A stretch of DNA of 64,000 bases from Nitrospirota bacterium (GCA_963741205.1 CAVUHW010000013.1:96001-160000), one strand, 5' to 3'; positions 1-12,169 are shown, counted from the first letter of the stretch. The notes: generated by a model from the sequence alone, not told the origin. Numbers and translations: made by a program.

Positions 1-1
1 C

Positions 2-238
2 CGTCTGAAGGAGAAAAACAACGTATTGACCTTTGAAGTCAAGGTCGATGCAAACAAGGTGCAGGTGAAGAAGGCGGTCGAAGGTATTTTTAAAGTCAAG
101 GTCGCCGACATCACTACGGTAAAGAATGCAGGCAAGAAAAAGCGTGTCGGAACGCGGTTGGGCCGCAGGTCCGACTGGAAAAAAGCATACGTGACGCTGA
201 AGCCTGGTGAAAAGATCGATATCTTTGAGGGTGCGTAA
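2..238 (+). CDS. rplW: 50S ribosomal protein L23 (5' truncated by window edge)
   Basis: TFEVKVDANKVQVKKAVE...DWKKAYVTL motif; frame open from base 2; directly upstream of L2. Confidence 0.97.
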   Translation, partial: RLKEKNNVLTFEVKVDANKVQVKKAVEGIFKVKVADITTVKNAGKKKRVGTRLGRRSDWKKAYVTLKPGEKIDIFEGA

Positions 239-1066
239 ATGCCGGTAAAGTCCTATAATCCAACGTCTCCGGGAAGACGGTTCCAGACAACCTCGACGTT
301 CGACGAGGTTACGCGCAGCAGGCCGGAGAAATCGCTGCTCGTGAAGATCAGCCAGAGCGGCGGTAGAAATAACCGCGGCAAGGTGACTGTTCGTTACCGC
401 GGCGGCTGGCACAAGAAAAAATACAGGATAATCGACTTCAGACGTGATAAAGTCGGCGTTCCTGCAAAGGTCGCGGAGATCGAGTACGATCCGAACAGGT
501 CTGCGCGCATCGCTCTCCTTCATTATACCGACGGCGAGAAGCGTTATATCATCGCCCCGCTCGGTTTAAAGGTGGGAGACGGCGTAATGTCCGGTCCCGA
601 TGCCGACATCAAGACCGGGAATGCGCTCCCGATGACCGCGATCCCCGTTGGTACGATCCTCCATAACGTCGAGCTAAAAAAAGGCGCAGGTGGCCAGCTT
701 GCCCGGAGCGCCGGCTCATCGGTACAGCTTCTAGCGCGGGAAGGCGAGTACGCTACGCTGCGGCTGAACTCGGGGGAAGTTCGCATGGTCCGCTCCGAGT
801 GCATGGCGACGATCGGTCAGGTGGGTAACCTGGATCATGAGAATATCAGCATCGGCAAGGCCGGCAGGGCCCGCTGGATGGGGATGCGTCCGAGGGTCCG
901 CGGTGTGGCGAAGAACCCGGTTGACCACCCCCTCGGAGGCGGCGAGGGAAAATCCTCGGGCGGAAGACCGGGTTGCTCGCCCTGGGGCCTTCCGGACGGG
1001 ACAAAGACCAGACATAATAAAGTAACGAACAAGTATATTATCACCAGAAGAACGAAGAGCAGGTAA
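239..1066 (+). CDS. rplB: 50S ribosomal protein L2
   Basis: [29 protein letters not shown] motifs. Confidence 0.99.
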   Translation: MPVKSYNPTSPGRRFQTTSTFDEVTRSRPEKSLLVKISQSGGRNNRGKVTVRYRGGWHKKKYRIIDFRRDKVGVPAKVAEIEYDPNRSARIALLHYTDGEKRYIIAPLGLKVGDGVMSGPDADIKTGNALPMTAIPVGTILHNVELKKGAGGQLARSAGSSVQLLAREGEYATLRLNSGEVRMVRSECMATIGQVGNLDHENISIGKAGRARWMGMRPRVRGVAKNPVDHPLGGGEGKSSGGRPGCSPWGLPDGTKTRHNKVTNKYIITRRTKSR

Positions 1067-1159
1067 GGGTAGGGCAAATTCGAAATCTTAAACCCGAAAT
1101 TCTAAACAATGAGAATCGAGAAATTAGAGTTTCGGATTTGATCCAAGCTGGAGGGTACG

Positions 1160-1450
1160 GTGCCGAGATCAGTAAAAAAAGGCCCTTTTATCGACAAGAG
1201 CCTCATGAAGAGAATAGAGACCATGAATGCAGCCGGTGAAAAGAAGATCGTGAAAACGTGGTCTCGAAGGTCGATGATTACGCCAGAATTCGTGGGCCAC
1301 ACCATGGCGGTGCATAACGGCAGGAAGTTTATTCCTGTGTACGTCAGTGAGAACATGGTCGGCCACAAGCTCGGAGAATTTTCGCCGACTCGGACATTCA
1401 AGGCGCACGGCGGATCAAAGGCAGCAGAAAAGGCGAGCGCCCCTAAGTAG
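1160..1450 (+). CDS. rpsS: 30S ribosomal protein S19
   Basis: [10 protein letters not shown]...KTWSRRS...[11 protein letters not shown]. Confidence 0.99.
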   Translation: MPRSVKKGPFIDKSLMKRIETMNAAGEKKIVKTWSRRSMITPEFVGHTMAVHNGRKFIPVYVSENMVGHKLGEFSPTRTFKAHGGSKAAEKASAPK

Positions 1451-1489
1451 GATGCGTCTCACTCCGTTCATGAGAAAGAGGATAGTGCC

Positions 1490-1819
1490 ATGGAAGCAAG
1501 CGCTACAGTCAGACATATACGCATCACGCCGCGCAAGGCGAGACAGGTAATCGACCTTATCCGGGGTAAGATGGTGGGAGACGCCGTTAATATTCTCACC
1601 TTTACGCCGCTCCACGCCGCACGGATTGTCAAAAAGCTCCTTGATTCGGCGGTGGCTAATGCTGAGCAGAAGAAGGTTGGCGATTTGGACACGCTCAAGG
1701 TGACCAAGGCTTATGTAAACCAGGGAGTCACCATGAAACGGATGCGGGCGCGGGCAATGGGCCGCGGCAATGTGATCAGGAAGAGGACCAGCCACATAAC
1801 GCTGGTGCTTTCAGCATAG
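1490..1819 (+). CDS. rplV: 50S ribosomal protein L22
   Basis: RITPRKAR...SAVANA...RKRTSHITL. Confidence 0.99.
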   Translation: MEASATVRHIRITPRKARQVIDLIRGKMVGDAVNILTFTPLHAARIVKKLLDSAVANAEQKKVGDLDTLKVTKAYVNQGVTMKRMRARAMGRGNVIRKRTSHITLVLSA

Positions 1820-1838
1820 GATAGTTAACGGAGGCGGC

Positions 1839-2483
1839 ATGGGACAAAAGGTACATCCGATCGGGTTTCGGCTCGGGATCATCAAAACGTGGGATTCCCG
1901 CTGGTTTTCACAGAAGAACTATGCAGCGCTTCTGCATGAGGATATCAAGATACGCAAGATTGTAAAAGAGCGGCTTATGCATGCGGGCGTTGCGAAGGTT
2001 GAAATAGAGCGGGCAGGCCAGAAGGCGAAGATCAACATCCACACTGCACGTCCCGGCATTATCATCGGCAAAAAAGGCGCTGAGGTGGACAAGCTCAAAA
2101 AGGACCTCGAAGCGATGACCGGCAAGCAGATGTACATCAATATCCAGGAAATCAGACGTCCGGAATTAGATGCGCAACTTGTGGCTGAGAACATCGCCCT
2201 GCAGCTGGAACGCCGTATAGCGTTTCGAAGGGCTATGAAGAAGGCTGTCACTTCGGCGCTCCGCCTCGGCGCGCAGGGCATCAAGATCACCTGCGCGGGA
2301 CGCCTGGCAGGCGCGGAAATTGCGCGAACCGAGTGGTATCGTGAGGGGCGGGTTCCGCTGCACACACTGCGCGCAGATATCAACTATGGTTTCTTTGAGG
2401 CAAAGACAACGATGGGCCAGATAGGTGTCAAGGTCTGGATTTACCGCGGAGACGTTCTCCAGAAGCCCACTACCGCGGCATAA
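1839..2483 (+). CDS. rpsC: 30S ribosomal protein S3
   Basis: [25 protein letters not shown]. Confidence 0.99.
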   Translation: MGQKVHPIGFRLGIIKTWDSRWFSQKNYAALLHEDIKIRKIVKERLMHAGVAKVEIERAGQKAKINIHTARPGIIIGKKGAEVDKLKKDLEAMTGKQMYINIQEIRRPELDAQLVAENIALQLERRIAFRRAMKKAVTSALRLGAQGIKITCAGRLAGAEIARTEWYREGRVPLHTLRADINYGFFEAKTTMGQIGVKVWIYRGDVLQKPTTAA

Positions 2484-2525
2484 GTGCAAGGCAAAACGAT
2501 TACGAGCGATTAAAGGACTGTCATC

Positions 2526-2942
2526 ATGTTAGCACCCAAACGAGTCAAACACAGGAAGATGCATAAGGGAAGAATGAAGGGTACTGCCTACCGCGGCGCG
2601 GAAGTAAGCTACGGTGAATTCGGGCTGAAGGTCCTGGAACCCGGATGGATCACGAGCAGACAGATAGAGGCAGCGCGCATTGCCATGACCCGTTACGTAA
2701 AGCGGGGCGGTAAGATATGGATAAGAATTTTCCCCGACAAGCCAATAACGAAAAAGCCGGCTGAAACCCGCATGGGAAAAGGCAAGGGAGCGCCTGAGTA
2801 CTGGGTTGCGGTCGTGAAACCGGGACGGGTGCTCTACGAGATGGGCGGCGTTGACGAGTCTGTCGCGAGAGAAGCGTTCCGGTTGGCAGCTTACAAACTG
2901 CCGATTGCGACGAAGTTTGTCTCCCGGGAGGCCGAAATATGA
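2526..2942 (+). CDS. rplP: 50S ribosomal protein L16
   Basis: [16 protein letters not shown]. Confidence 0.99.
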   Translation: MLAPKRVKHRKMHKGRMKGTAYRGAEVSYGEFGLKVLEPGWITSRQIEAARIAMTRYVKRGGKIWIRIFPDKPITKKPAETRMGKGKGAPEYWVAVVKPGRVLYEMGGVDESVAREAFRLAAYKLPIATKFVSREAEI

Positions 2943-3139
2943 AAATACGTGCGCGGGAATTGCGTGATCTGTCGAACGACGAGTTACAGGTCAAGGCGGT
3001 TGAACTCAAGAAGGAGTTGTTCAACCTCCGGGTCCAGCAGGCGATGGGCCAGATCGAAAATCCGATGCGCCTCAGGACGTTGCGGAAGGATATCGCAAAA
3101 GCAAAAACGGTGTTAAAGGAAAAATATGGAAGAGTCTAA
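2939..3139 (+). CDS. rpmC: 50S ribosomal protein L29
   Basis: ELFNLR...RKDIAK; operon position. Confidence 0.97.
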   Translation: MKIRARELRDLSNDELQVKAVELKKELFNLRVQQAMGQIENPMRLRTLRKDIAKAKTVLKEKYGRV

Positions 3140-3383
3140 AAAGAGAAAAGCCTACATCGGGCAGGTCATCAGCGATAAAATGGACAAGACGGTCGTGCTG
3201 GCGGTAACGAGACGCATCTCGCATGCCCGATACGGAAAAACAATCAAACGCACCACCAAGTTCAAGGCCCATGACGAAAAGAATGAGTGCAAAGTCGGCG
3301 ATGTAGTGCGGTTTATCGAGACCCGGCCCCTCTCCAAGGAAAAGCGGTGGAAGGTGCTGGAGATCATTGAGAAGGCCATATAA
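3126..3383 (+). CDS. rpsQ: 30S ribosomal protein S17
   Basis: SDKMDKT, AHDE, ETRPLSK. Confidence 0.98.
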   Translation: MEESKKRKAYIGQVISDKMDKTVVLAVTRRISHARYGKTIKRTTKFKAHDEKNECKVGDVVRFIETRPLSKEKRWKVLEIIEKAI

Positions 3384-3419
3384 ATTCAAGGACGAAAAAT
3401 CTTCGTAGAGGATTGAGAT

Positions 3420-3788
3420 ATGATTCAGCAGCAGACGGTATTGGACGTTGCCGATAACTCCGGCGCAAAAAAAGTGATGTGCATAAAGGTCCTGGGCGGG
3501 ACGCGCAAACGCTATGCGACTCTCGGCGACGTAATCGTCGTAGCGATCAAGATGGCGATCCCTGAAGGGCAGGTTAAAAAAGGGACGGTAGCCAAGGCCG
3601 TGGTCGTTCGCACGACGAAGGAAGTGCGGCGGCAGGACGGTTCGTACATCAAGTTCGACCGCAATGCTGCCGTCTTGATCAACAATGCGAACGAGCCGAT
3701 CGGGACGCGCATCTTCGGACCTGTCGCCCGTGAGCTCCGCAAGAAGAACTTTATGAAGATTATTTCACTGGCGCCTGAAGTGCTGTAG
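3420..3788 (+). CDS. rplN: 50S ribosomal protein L14
   Basis: VADNSGAK...[13 protein letters not shown]...SLAPEVL. Confidence 0.99.
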   Translation: MIQQQTVLDVADNSGAKKVMCIKVLGGTRKRYATLGDVIVVAIKMAIPEGQVKKGTVAKAVVVRTTKEVRRQDGSYIKFDRNAAVLINNANEPIGTRIFGPVARELRKKNFMKIISLAPEVL

Positions 3789-3833
3789 AGACGCACAAAG
3801 ATGCCAGCTTAACGAAAAGCAGGAATAGAGGCC

Positions 3834-4145
3834 ATGCAGATAAAGAAAAATGATAATGTGATGGTGATCTCCGGCAAGGAGAAAGGGAAGCGCGGCAGGG
3901 TCATTGCCGTTTATCCCTCGAAGAACAGGCTGTTGGTGGAAAAACTCAACATGATCAAACGGCATACACGACCCAACCAGCAACTCAGGCAGGGGGGCAT
4001 CGTAGAGAAGGAAAGCCCGATCTCGGTCGCGAACGTGCAACTGATCTGCTCGAAATGCAATAAGCCTACCGCGGTATCGCGGCAAGATCAAGGTGACGGT
4101 TCCCGCGTTCGGGTGTGTAAGACCTGCAACGAGACTCTTGATTAG
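3834..4145 (+). CDS. rplX: 50S ribosomal protein L24
   Basis: KOW motif IKKNDNVMVISGKEKGKRG. Confidence 0.98.
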   Translation: MQIKKNDNVMVISGKEKGKRGRVIAVYPSKNRLLVEKLNMIKRHTRPNQQLRQGGIVEKESPISVANVQLICSKCNKPTAVSRQDQGDGSRVRVCKTCNETLD

Positions 4146-4199
4146 GTCGCATCTTCAGCTTGGTCCGACATTCAGATGATAAAACAGGAAAATTGATCT

Positions 4200-4904
4200 A
4201 TGGCAGATAAAAAAGACAAAACCCAAGAGACAAAAGGCGGCGACCAAAAGAAGTCGGCTGCCAAGGCGCCTAAGGCGGCTGCGAAATCAAAGGCCCCGGC
4301 GGGTGCAAAAAAGGAAGTGGCTCAAGCGGAGGGCGGCAAAAAAAGTGCTCCCGAGAAGATCCCGACTCCCCGCCTGAAGCAGCGGTATCATGAAGTCGCG
4401 GTCCCCGCGCTCATGAAGGAGTTTCAGTACAAGAACCCCATGCAGGCGCCGAAGCTCGTCAAGGTGGTCCTGAATATGGGGATGGGAGAGGCAATTGCCA
4501 ATGCAAAGGCCCTCGACCACGCCGCAGAGGAAATGGCGAAGATTTCGGGGCAGCGGCCCGTTATTACCCGCGCCAAGAAGTCCATTGCTACGTATAAACT
4601 GAGAGAAGGGATGGCGATCGGATGCATGGTAACGCTCAGGCGCGAACGCATGTTCGAGTTTCTTGACCGGTTCATCAGCGCGGCGCTTCCCCGAATCAGG
4701 GACTTCAAGGGAATTTCGGCAAAGTCTTTTGACGGTAGAGGAAACTATTCTCTGGGGATAAAGGAACAAGTAATCTTCCCGGAAATCGATATTGACAAGG
4801 TGGACTCGATCCACGGCATGGATATCGTGATTGTTACGACGGCCAAGACCGATGAGGAAGGCAGGGCATTGCTCAGCCACCTGGGGATGCCGTACCGGAA
4901 GTAG
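4200..4904 (+). CDS. rplE: 50S ribosomal protein L5 with Lys/Ala-rich N-terminal extension
   Basis: [19 protein letters not shown]; about 55 extra low-complexity N-terminal residues. Confidence 0.97.
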   Translation: MADKKDKTQETKGGDQKKSAAKAPKAAAKSKAPAGAKKEVAQAEGGKKSAPEKIPTPRLKQRYHEVAVPALMKEFQYKNPMQAPKLVKVVLNMGMGEAIANAKALDHAAEEMAKISGQRPVITRAKKSIATYKLREGMAIGCMVTLRRERMFEFLDRFISAALPRIRDFKGISAKSFDGRGNYSLGIKEQVIFPEIDIDKVDSIHGMDIVIVTTAKTDEEGRALLSHLGMPYRK

Positions 4905-4935
4905 TCCGGACGGAACCGGACATGACGGAGGAATG

Positions 4936-5121
4936 ATGGCAAAGAAGTCACTGATAGCGAAGGCGCAGAGACCCGCAAAGTTCAAAGTTCGGACCTACCA
5001 CCGCTGCCCGCTGTGCGGACGGTCACGGGGGTACTTGAGGAAGTTTGACATGTGCAGGATCTGTTTTAGGAACCGGGCGCTTCGGGGAGAGATCCCGGGC
5101 GTGATTAAGGCAAGCTGGTAA
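4936..5121 (+). CDS. rpsZ: 30S ribosomal protein S14, zinc-binding type Z (61 aa)
   Basis: MAKKSLIAK...RCPLCGR...MCRICFR...ASW; SD GGAGG upstream. Confidence 0.96.
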   Translation: MAKKSLIAKAQRPAKFKVRTYHRCPLCGRSRGYLRKFDMCRICFRNRALRGEIPGVIKASW

Positions 5122-5141
5122 ACAATAAGGGGTTAGAACCA

Positions 5142-5537
5142 ATGATGACCGATCCGATCGCGGATATGTTAACGCGTATTCGCAACGCCAGTAAGGCAAA
5201 GCATGAAAAAGTAGACATTCCTTCATCAAAACTGAAGATAGAGATTGCAAAAATCCTCAAGGATGAGGGATTTGTCAAGAACGTGAAGCTGGTGAAGGAC
5301 CGCCGGCAAGGCTTGATCCGTGTCTACCTTAAATATACCGACGAGGAGCTTCCGGTTATTCAGGGCCTGAAGCGGGTAAGCAGGCCAGGTTGCCGCGTCT
5401 ACGCTGGCAACGACGCCATTCCCAAGGTCTTGGCCGGCCTCGGCACGGCGATCCTGTCGACACCGAAGGGCATACAGACCGGGAGACAGGCGAAAAAAGA
5501 TAAAGTCGGTGGAGAAGTTCTCTGCCACGTGTGGTAA
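5142..5537 (+). CDS. rpsH: 30S ribosomal protein S8
   Basis: [20 protein letters not shown]. Confidence 0.99.
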   Translation: MMTDPIADMLTRIRNASKAKHEKVDIPSSKLKIEIAKILKDEGFVKNVKLVKDRRQGLIRVYLKYTDEELPVIQGLKRVSRPGCRVYAGNDAIPKVLAGLGTAILSTPKGIQTGRQAKKDKVGGEVLCHVW

Positions 5538-5582
5538 GTATCAAACAGTGAAATCGTCCTCTAGAAGAGTGTAGGAGCTGTC

Positions 5583-6131
5583 ATGTCGAGGGTTGGAAAA
5601 AAACCGATAGATATTCCCTCCGGAGTCGAGGCGAAGCTCGAAACCGGCAAGATTACCGTGAAGGGTCCGCTGGGCGAAATTGTCCAGGCTGTGAATCCGA
5701 AACTGTTGATCAAGAAAGAAAATAACAAGCTGCTCGTTGAGCGCCCGTCAAACCAGAAGGTGTACCGGGAACTGCACGGATTAACGAGAAACCTGATCGC
5801 CAATATGGTGACCGGGGTCAGCAAGGGATATGAAAAGACCCTTGAAATTACCGGCGTCGGATTCAAGGCATCGGCGCAGGGGTCAAACCTGATGCTGAAC
5901 CTCGGCTTCTCCCATCCGATCATGTATCCTATGCCGAAGGGTATCAAGGCGACGGTGGACCCCAAGCAGACGCTGATCACCCTGAAGGGCGTCGACAAGC
6001 AGCTCGTCGGTCAGATCGCCGCGAATCTGAGAAGTTTGAAGAAACCCGAACCGTATAAGGGGAAGGGCATCAAGTACGGCGGCGAAGTAATTCACCGCAA
6101 AGAAGGCAAGGCTGGCAAGGGCGGGAAATAA
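5583..6131 (+). CDS. rplF: 50S ribosomal protein L6
   Basis: MSRVGKKPI, PEPYKGKGI. Confidence 0.99.
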   Translation: MSRVGKKPIDIPSGVEAKLETGKITVKGPLGEIVQAVNPKLLIKKENNKLLVERPSNQKVYRELHGLTRNLIANMVTGVSKGYEKTLEITGVGFKASAQGSNLMLNLGFSHPIMYPMPKGIKATVDPKQTLITLKGVDKQLVGQIAANLRSLKKPEPYKGKGIKYGGEVIHRKEGKAGKGGK

Positions 6132-6192
6132 TTAAATTTCGGATTGTGGACTGCGGAATGAAGAAGTAAATTCCCATTCCATAACTGGCGGG

Positions 6193-6567
6193 ATGGAGCG
6201 AACTGTGGCACAGAGCAAATTAAAGTCAAGACAGAGAAGGCACGAAAGAATCAGGAAAAAAGTGTTCGGCACGGCGAGCAAACCGAGGCTGAGCGTGTTT
6301 AAGAGTCTGAGCCATATCTACGCACAGCTTATCGACGATACGGCGGGGAAGACGCTCATTACGGCATCGACGACTGAAAAGACGGTGAAGACCGATCTCA
6401 AGCACGGCGGCAATGTTGAGGCCGCCAAGAAGGTCGGTGCGAGCATAGCCGCCCGGGCTTTGGATAAGAATATCAAGGCCGTGGTGTTTGACCGCGGGGG
6501 GTATCAGTATCACGGATGCGTCAAGGCGCTGGCGGAAGCGGCGCGTGAAAAAGGGCTCACTTTTTAG
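6193..6567 (+). CDS. rplR: 50S ribosomal protein L18 (start uncertain)
   Basis: [24 protein letters not shown]. Confidence 0.98.
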   Translation: MERTVAQSKLKSRQRRHERIRKKVFGTASKPRLSVFKSLSHIYAQLIDDTAGKTLITASTTEKTVKTDLKHGGNVEAAKKVGASIAARALDKNIKAVVFDRGGYQYHGCVKALAEAAREKGLTF

Positions 6568-6593
6568 GGTTGGCATTCATTTCGGAGGCGGCA

Positions 6594-7106
6594 TTGGCAG
6601 AGCGATACGGTAATAAAGAGGCAGAAGAAGGCGACGGCCTGAAAGATAAATTGGTGTACCTGAACCGGGTGGCCAAGGTGGTGAAGGGCGGCAAACGGTT
6701 CAACTTCAGCGCACTCGTGGTCGTCGGCGACGGCAAGGGCAGGATCGGCGTGGGCAAGGGCAAAGCCGCGGAGGCGCCGGTGGCCATCAAGAAAGCCGTG
6801 GAGCGGGCCAAGAAGAGCATGGTCCTCGTCTCCCTGAAGGGGGATACGATTCCCCATGAAATACTGGGACACTACGGCGCAGGCAAGGTGTTGCTCAAGC
6901 CGGCCTCGGAAGGTACGGGATTGATCGCAGGCGGCGCAAGCAGATCAGTGCTCGAGGTCGTAGGGGTGCGGAATGTGCTCTGCAAGTCCCTCGGCTCCAG
7001 CAACCCCCATAACGTGGTCAGCGCGACGATCAACGGATTGACCAGACTGCGGACCGCCGAACAGGTGGCATCGCTTCGCGGCAAAACCGTGGAGGAGTTG
7101 GCTTAA
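6594..7106 (+). CDS. rpsE: 30S ribosomal protein S5
   Basis: [22 protein letters not shown]; TTG start chosen after SD GGAGG. Confidence 0.97.
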   Translation: MAERYGNKEAEEGDGLKDKLVYLNRVAKVVKGGKRFNFSALVVVGDGKGRIGVGKGKAAEAPVAIKKAVERAKKSMVLVSLKGDTIPHEILGHYGAGKVLLKPASEGTGLIAGGASRSVLEVVGVRNVLCKSLGSSNPHNVVSATINGLTRLRTAEQVASLRGKTVEELA

Positions 7107-7107
7107 C

Positions 7108-7308
7108 ATGGTGAAGAGCGATGCGAAACAACTGAAAATTACGCTTGTGAAGAGCGGAATAGCCCGCCCGGGCAAACATAAGGTCGTCCTTATCGGACTG
7201 GGTCTCAAAAAACTCAACAAATCAGTGGTGCGCCAGGATACCCCCGAAATTCGCGGGATGATCAATAAGGTAAGTCACTTGATCCAGGTTGAAGAAGTAA
7301 AAAACTAA
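7108..7308 (+). CDS. rpmD: 50S ribosomal protein L30
   Basis: KITLVKS.I...LGL...[11 protein letters not shown]. Confidence 0.97.
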   Translation: MVKSDAKQLKITLVKSGIARPGKHKVVLIGLGLKKLNKSVVRQDTPEIRGMINKVSHLIQVEEVKN

Positions 7309-7339
7309 ATCGCAGGGTTCAAGCGTGGGATCGTATACT

Positions 7340-7780
7340 ATGAGATTAGAAGATTTAAAGCCTGTAAAAGGGTCAACAAAAAAAACAAAAAGGGTCGGCA
7401 GAGGAGTGGGCTCCGGTTCCGGAAAAACCTCCGGCAAGGGCCATAAGGGGCAGAAGGCCCGTTCGGGCGGCGTCAAAGGCGCAGGATTTGAAGGCGGCCA
7501 GATGCCCCTTCAGCGCAGGATCCCGAAACGAGGTTTCACCAATATTTTCCGGAAGGAATACGCCATTGTTAATCTGTCTGACCTCGATAAAATCGCAGGC
7601 TCCGAGCCGGTCACGCCGGAAATGCTCATGCAGAACGGCCTGATCAAGGATATGAAGAAGGGCGTCAAGGTGCTCGGCATGGGGGAACTTAAATCCAAGC
7701 TTACGGTCCGCGCCCATAAGTTCAGTAAAAGCGCTCTTGATAAAATACAGGCCGCAGGCGGCAAGGCCGAGGTGATATAA
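7340..7780 (+). CDS. rplO: 50S ribosomal protein L15
   Basis: [29 protein letters not shown]. Confidence 0.98.
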   Translation: MRLEDLKPVKGSTKKTKRVGRGVGSGSGKTSGKGHKGQKARSGGVKGAGFEGGQMPLQRRIPKRGFTNIFRKEYAIVNLSDLDKIAGSEPVTPEMLMQNGLIKDMKKGVKVLGMGELKSKLTVRAHKFSKSALDKIQAAGGKAEVI

Positions 7781-7783
7781 CCC

Positions 7784-9088
7784 TTGTTCACCGGCCTGAA
7801 GAACATATTCAACATTCCCGAGCTCAGGAAGCGTGTCATCTTTACGCTCCTGATGCTTGCTGTCTATCGCATCGGAGCGCATATCCCGACACCGGGAGTG
7901 AAGGGCGAGGCGCTCAGCCAGTTCCTGCACCAGTCGGCAGCCGGCCTGATGGGTTTCTTCGATATGTTTTCCGGCGGCGCTTTGTCGAGGGTCACGATTT
8001 TTGCGCTCGGCATCATGCCCTATATTACCGCCTCCATCGTGCTGCAGCTGCTGACGGTGGTGATTCCCGCGGCTGCAGGCGCTGGCCAAAGAGGGTGAGG
8101 CAGGCCGAAAGAAGATTACCGAGTATACCCGGTACGGCACGGTTTTGATTTCCGGATTTCAGTCGTTCTGGATGGCCGTCGGCATAGAAAAAATGGGCGG
8201 CGGGGCTTTTGTTGAGTCCACAGGATGGTCGTTCCGCATTCTCACCATGATTACCCTGACGGCGGGCACGACGTTCATCATGTGGCTCGGTGAGCAGATC
8301 ACAGAACGCGGGATCGGCAATGGGATCTCGCTGATCATATTTGCCGGCATCGTAGCGGGATTTCCGCGCGCAGTCACCAATACCGATCGGACTTGTTGAG
8401 CTCGGGTGAAATCGCCTACTTTATGGTCTTTATCATTATCGCGATTGATCGTTTCCGTCGTTGCCGCCATTATTGTGATGGAACGCGGGCAGCGAAAAAT
8501 ATCAATTCAGTACGCTCAGCGGATGGTGGGAAGAAAGATTTATAAAGGACAGAGCACGCATCTGCCGCTCAAGATCAATTCTGCCGGCGTGATTCCCCCG
8601 ATTTTCGCATCATCGATCCTGCTTTTTCCGGCTACGATCGCGGGTTTTGTACAGGTCGGCTGGCTTCAGTGGTTTGCTCAGCAGCTTGGTCCCGGGAAAC
8701 CGCTCTATACGCTGGTCTATGTGTTCATGATCGTCGGGTTTTTCGTATTTCTACACCGCGATCGTGTTCAATCCGGTGGATATTGCGGATAATCTGAAGA
8801 AGTACGGCGGCTTTATCCCGGGGATCAGGCCGGGAAAAAAGACCTCGGACTATCTGTTCCGGGTGTTGAACCGGATCACGCTCGGCGGCGCACTGTATCT
8901 AGCAGCGGTCTGTGTTTTGCCCGATATTTTCTACAAGATTTTTCAATGTTCCGTTTTATTTCGGCGGGACGTCGCTGCTGATCGTGATCGGCGTCGCGCT
9001 TGATACGGTTTCGCAGATAGAGTCGCATTTAATTCAAAGACACTACGGAGGTTTCCTGAAGGGCGTTTCGATCAAAGGGAGACGGTAA
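7784..9088 (+). CDS. secY: Preprotein translocase SecY (several apparent sequencing frameshifts)
   Basis: Fragments [51 protein letters not shown] in different frames. Confidence 0.95.
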
Positions 9089-9103
9089 GACCCGGGAGCG
9101 GTC

Positions 9104-9853
9104 ATGATCATTCTCAAGTCCCTTCAGGAGATCGAAAAGATCCGGCAGGCCTGTATAGTCGTTGCTGATGTACTGGACAGTATTCGCGACCTGGTCAAAC
9201 CGGGGGTCAGTACTCAGACCCTTGATGAATTCGCTGAACGACGGATCCTTGCAGCAGGCGCAAAACCCGCATTCAAAGGCTACCGGGGATATCCGAAGAC
9301 ATTGTGTACGTCGGTCAACCATGAGGTCATTCACGGTATTCCGTCAAAGGACGTCGTGCTGAAACAGGGTGACATCGTCAGCATTGACGTGGGGGCAATC
9401 GTCGACGGATTCTACGGCGACGCAGCCATTACCCTGCCGGTCGGCACAATTTCGCAAGAGGCCGAGCGGCTGATCAGGGTAACGGAAGAGTCGCTCAACC
9501 GGGGTATCGAGCAGGCAAAGGCTGGGAAGAGACTGTACGATATTTCTCATGCGGTCCAGCATCACGTAGAGGCTCATGGATACTCAGTAGTACGGGAATT
9601 TGTAGGCCACGGAATAGGGCGAAGCCTGCATGAGGATCCGCAGATACCCAATTTCGGACCGCAGGGGCAGGGGCCGAGGATCAAGCCGGGCATGGTCCTT
9701 GCCGTGGAGCCCATGGTCAATAGAGGCGCGAGCGCAACGGTTGTTAAGGAAGACGGATGGACGGCGGTTACCGCAGACGGCAGCCTGTCGGCCCATTTTG
9801 AACATACCATTGCCGTGATGCCGGATGGGCCGTGGATTCTGACAAAGAGGTAG
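9104..9853 (+). CDS. map: Methionine aminopeptidase type I
   Basis: HGIP, GHGIG..LHE, AHFEHT. Confidence 0.98.
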   Translation: MIILKSLQEIEKIRQACIVVADVLDSIRDLVKPGVSTQTLDEFAERRILAAGAKPAFKGYRGYPKTLCTSVNHEVIHGIPSKDVVLKQGDIVSIDVGAIVDGFYGDAAITLPVGTISQEAERLIRVTEESLNRGIEQAKAGKRLYDISHAVQHHVEAHGYSVVREFVGHGIGRSLHEDPQIPNFGPQGQGPRIKPGMVLAVEPMVNRGASATVVKEDGWTAVTADGSLSAHFEHTIAVMPDGPWILTKR

Positions 9854-9895
9854 TACGGAGCAATTCCCGCTGCGGCGGGACGTTCATTACGGCGA

Positions 9896-9957
9896 CACCC
9901 TGAACTCGCGCTGCTACTCGTAAGCGTTGGGTGTGATCTCGTAATCGCGGGTGCGGG
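9896..9957. repeat. Degenerate copy of the ~44-bp CACCCTG...GGGTGCAGG mini-element plus an extra 3' half
   Basis: CACCCTGAACTCGCGCTGCTACTCGTAAGCGTTGGGTG resembles copies at 22231 and 34947. Confidence 0.6.
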
Positions 9958-9981
9958 CACAGTTACGTTAGTCTAAAAGAT

Positions 9982-10200
9982 ATGGCCAAAGAAGATTCCA
10001 TAGAAGTTCAGGGTACGGTACTGGAAACGCTTCCCAACGCGATGTTTCGCGTTGAGATGGAGAACGGCCACAAGATTTTGGCGCATATTTCCGGCAAGAT
10101 GAGGATGCATTTTATCAAGATCCTCCCGGGGGATAAGGTAACGGTGGAACTTACTCCCTATGATTTGACGAGAGGCAGAATAACGTACCGGTTTAAGTAG
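9982..10200 (+). CDS. infA: Translation initiation factor IF-1
   Basis: LAHISGKMR...[18 protein letters not shown]. Confidence 0.99.
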   Translation: MAKEDSIEVQGTVLETLPNAMFRVEMENGHKILAHISGKMRMHFIKILPGDKVTVELTPYDLTRGRITYRFK

Positions 10201-10261
10201 GATTGAGAGACCCGTGAAGATACGGGCATAAATACACTTAGGAAAACGGAAGTAGGGAACC

Positions 10262-10375
10262 ATGAAAGTTCGCTCATCAGTAAGAAAAATTTGTCCGAAG
10301 TGCTCCATCATTCGCCGCAAAGGCATTGTGCGCGTGATTTGCGAAAATTCACGCCACAAGCAGCGACAGGGATAG
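10262..10375 (+). CDS. rpmJ: 50S ribosomal protein L36 (not in ORF track)
   Basis: Manual translation [37 protein letters not shown]. Confidence 0.97.
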   Translation: MKVRSSVRKICPKCSIIRRKGIVRVICENSRHKQRQG

Positions 10376-10514
10376 TGAAAGAACGAAATCCCAACGCTGA
10401 GATTATCGTCAAGCTCAAAATCCAAACTATAAACTATTCCGGATTTTGGTCATTCGATGCTGATTGGGATTTAGTGTTTCGAACTTAGGATTTGTTCTGA
10501 GTTGAGGAGGAAAC

Positions 10515-10907
10515 GTGGCACGAATTGCTGGGGTAGATCTCCCCAAAGACAAAAAAATCGAGATTGCACTTACTTATATATACGGGATTGGTCCGACGTC
10601 TGCGAAGAAAATTCTCGCAGAGTCCGGCATCGATCCCAATATGAAAAGCAGTAATCTGGCCGAATCTGACATCGTCAAGATCCGTGCAATTCTGGATCGG
10701 GACTATACCGTGGAGGGGGACCTCCGCAGGGACGTGACGATGCATATCAAGCGATTGATGGACATCGGCAGTTATCGCGGGCTCCGTCATCGCAAAGGTT
10801 TGCCGGCGCGGGGCCAGCGAACGAAGACGAACGCAAGGACGAGAAAAGGACCGAAGAAATCCGCGATGTCGGGCAGGGGCAAGAAAAAAGGCATGGCAAA
10901 GAAGTAA
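10515..10907 (+). CDS. rpsM: 30S ribosomal protein S13
   Basis: [34 protein letters not shown]. Confidence 0.99.
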   Translation: MARIAGVDLPKDKKIEIALTYIYGIGPTSAKKILAESGIDPNMKSSNLAESDIVKIRAILDRDYTVEGDLRRDVTMHIKRLMDIGSYRGLRHRKGLPARGQRTKTNARTRKGPKKSAMSGRGKKKGMAKK

Positions 10908-10978
10908 TATGGCGCGGTGCCGGCGCGGACATGTGCCGGAGCGTACGCGCGGTAGTCGGCGTAGTTTCATGAGGAGGA

Positions 10979-11356
10979 ATGATGGCCAAGAAGGGCAAAG
11001 AAAGAAAGAACGTGGCCAATGGAGTGGCGCACATCCATGCTTCGTTTAATAATACGATCGTAACGATCACGGATACGGCGGGTAATGTTATTACATGGTC
11101 GAGCTCCGGCAACAAGGGATTCAAGGGATCGCGGAAAAGCACCCCCTTCGCCTCGCAGCTTGCTGCGGAAGCCGCCGCAAAGAAAGCCATGGAGCACGGC
11201 ATGAGGCAGGTCGAGGTCTACGTCAAAGGTCCGGGCACTGGCAGAGAGTCGGCCATCAGGTCGATCCAGGCAGCGGGCCTTGAAATCGTGGCGATCAAGG
11301 ATGTGACGCCGATCCCCCACAACGGATGCAGGCCGCCAAAGCGGAGAAGGGTGTAG
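10979..11356 (+). CDS. rpsK: 30S ribosomal protein S11
   Basis: [30 protein letters not shown]. Confidence 0.99.
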   Translation: MMAKKGKERKNVANGVAHIHASFNNTIVTITDTAGNVITWSSSGNKGFKGSRKSTPFASQLAAEAAAKKAMEHGMRQVEVYVKGPGTGRESAIRSIQAAGLEIVAIKDVTPIPHNGCRPPKRRRV

Positions 11357-11427
11357 GAGAAAAAATCGTACTTGTCTGACTCGTCCGGTACACCTGACGT
11401 GTCGGACTGTTTAACACAGGAGGAATC

Positions 11428-12057
11428 GTGGCACGGTATATCGGATCAGTTTGTAAGCTCTGCAGGAGAGAGGGCATGAAGCTCTTCTTAAAGGCCGAGC
11501 GTTGTTATACGGACAAGTGCGGCGTAACGCGGAGGAGCTATCCCCCGGGGCAGCACGGCCAGGCCAGAATTAAACAGTCGGAATACAGTCTGCAGCTCAG
11601 GGAAAAACAGAAAATCCGGCGCGTCTATGGAGTGCTCGAACGGCAGTTCCGCGGCTATTTTGAAAAGGCCGAACGGATGAAGGGTGTCACCGGAGATAAC
11701 TTGCTCCAGCTCCTCGAACGCCGGCTCGACAACGTCGTCCAGCGGATGGGATTTGCCGGCGCAAAAAAGGAAGCCCGTCAGCTTGTTCGGCACGGACACT
11801 TGCTCGTCAATGGCAGGAAAGTAAATATCCCGTCCTATCTTCTGAAGGCCGGGGACATCGTAGAGCTCCGGGAGAAGAGCAGAGGCATTGTCCAGATCCA
11901 GCAGACCTTGGCGGCCGTTGAAAAACGCGGTTTTCCCTCGTGGCTGGAGATAGACAAGGTTCAATTCAAGGGGAAGGTTCTGTCCCTGCCGGCCAGGGAC
12001 GAGAGTACGCTGCCGACCGTGAAAGAACAGCTGGTCGTCGAGCTCTATTCGAAGTAA
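11428..12057 (+). CDS. rpsD: 30S ribosomal protein S4
   Basis: [23 protein letters not shown]. Confidence 0.99.
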   Translation: MARYIGSVCKLCRREGMKLFLKAERCYTDKCGVTRRSYPPGQHGQARIKQSEYSLQLREKQKIRRVYGVLERQFRGYFEKAERMKGVTGDNLLQLLERRLDNVVQRMGFAGAKKEARQLVRHGHLLVNGRKVNIPSYLLKAGDIVELREKSRGIVQIQQTLAAVEKRGFPSWLEIDKVQFKGKVLSLPARDESTLPTVKEQLVVELYSK

Positions 12058-12169
12058 GTTCCTTCATAACATTGGAAATAATGCTGAGGGCTGCGTGAGC
12101 GCTCGTAATGGCGGGTGCTCCCTGGTCTTTATTGTGTAAAAAGTTTTGTTACTCCGTTCTGGAGGACCC

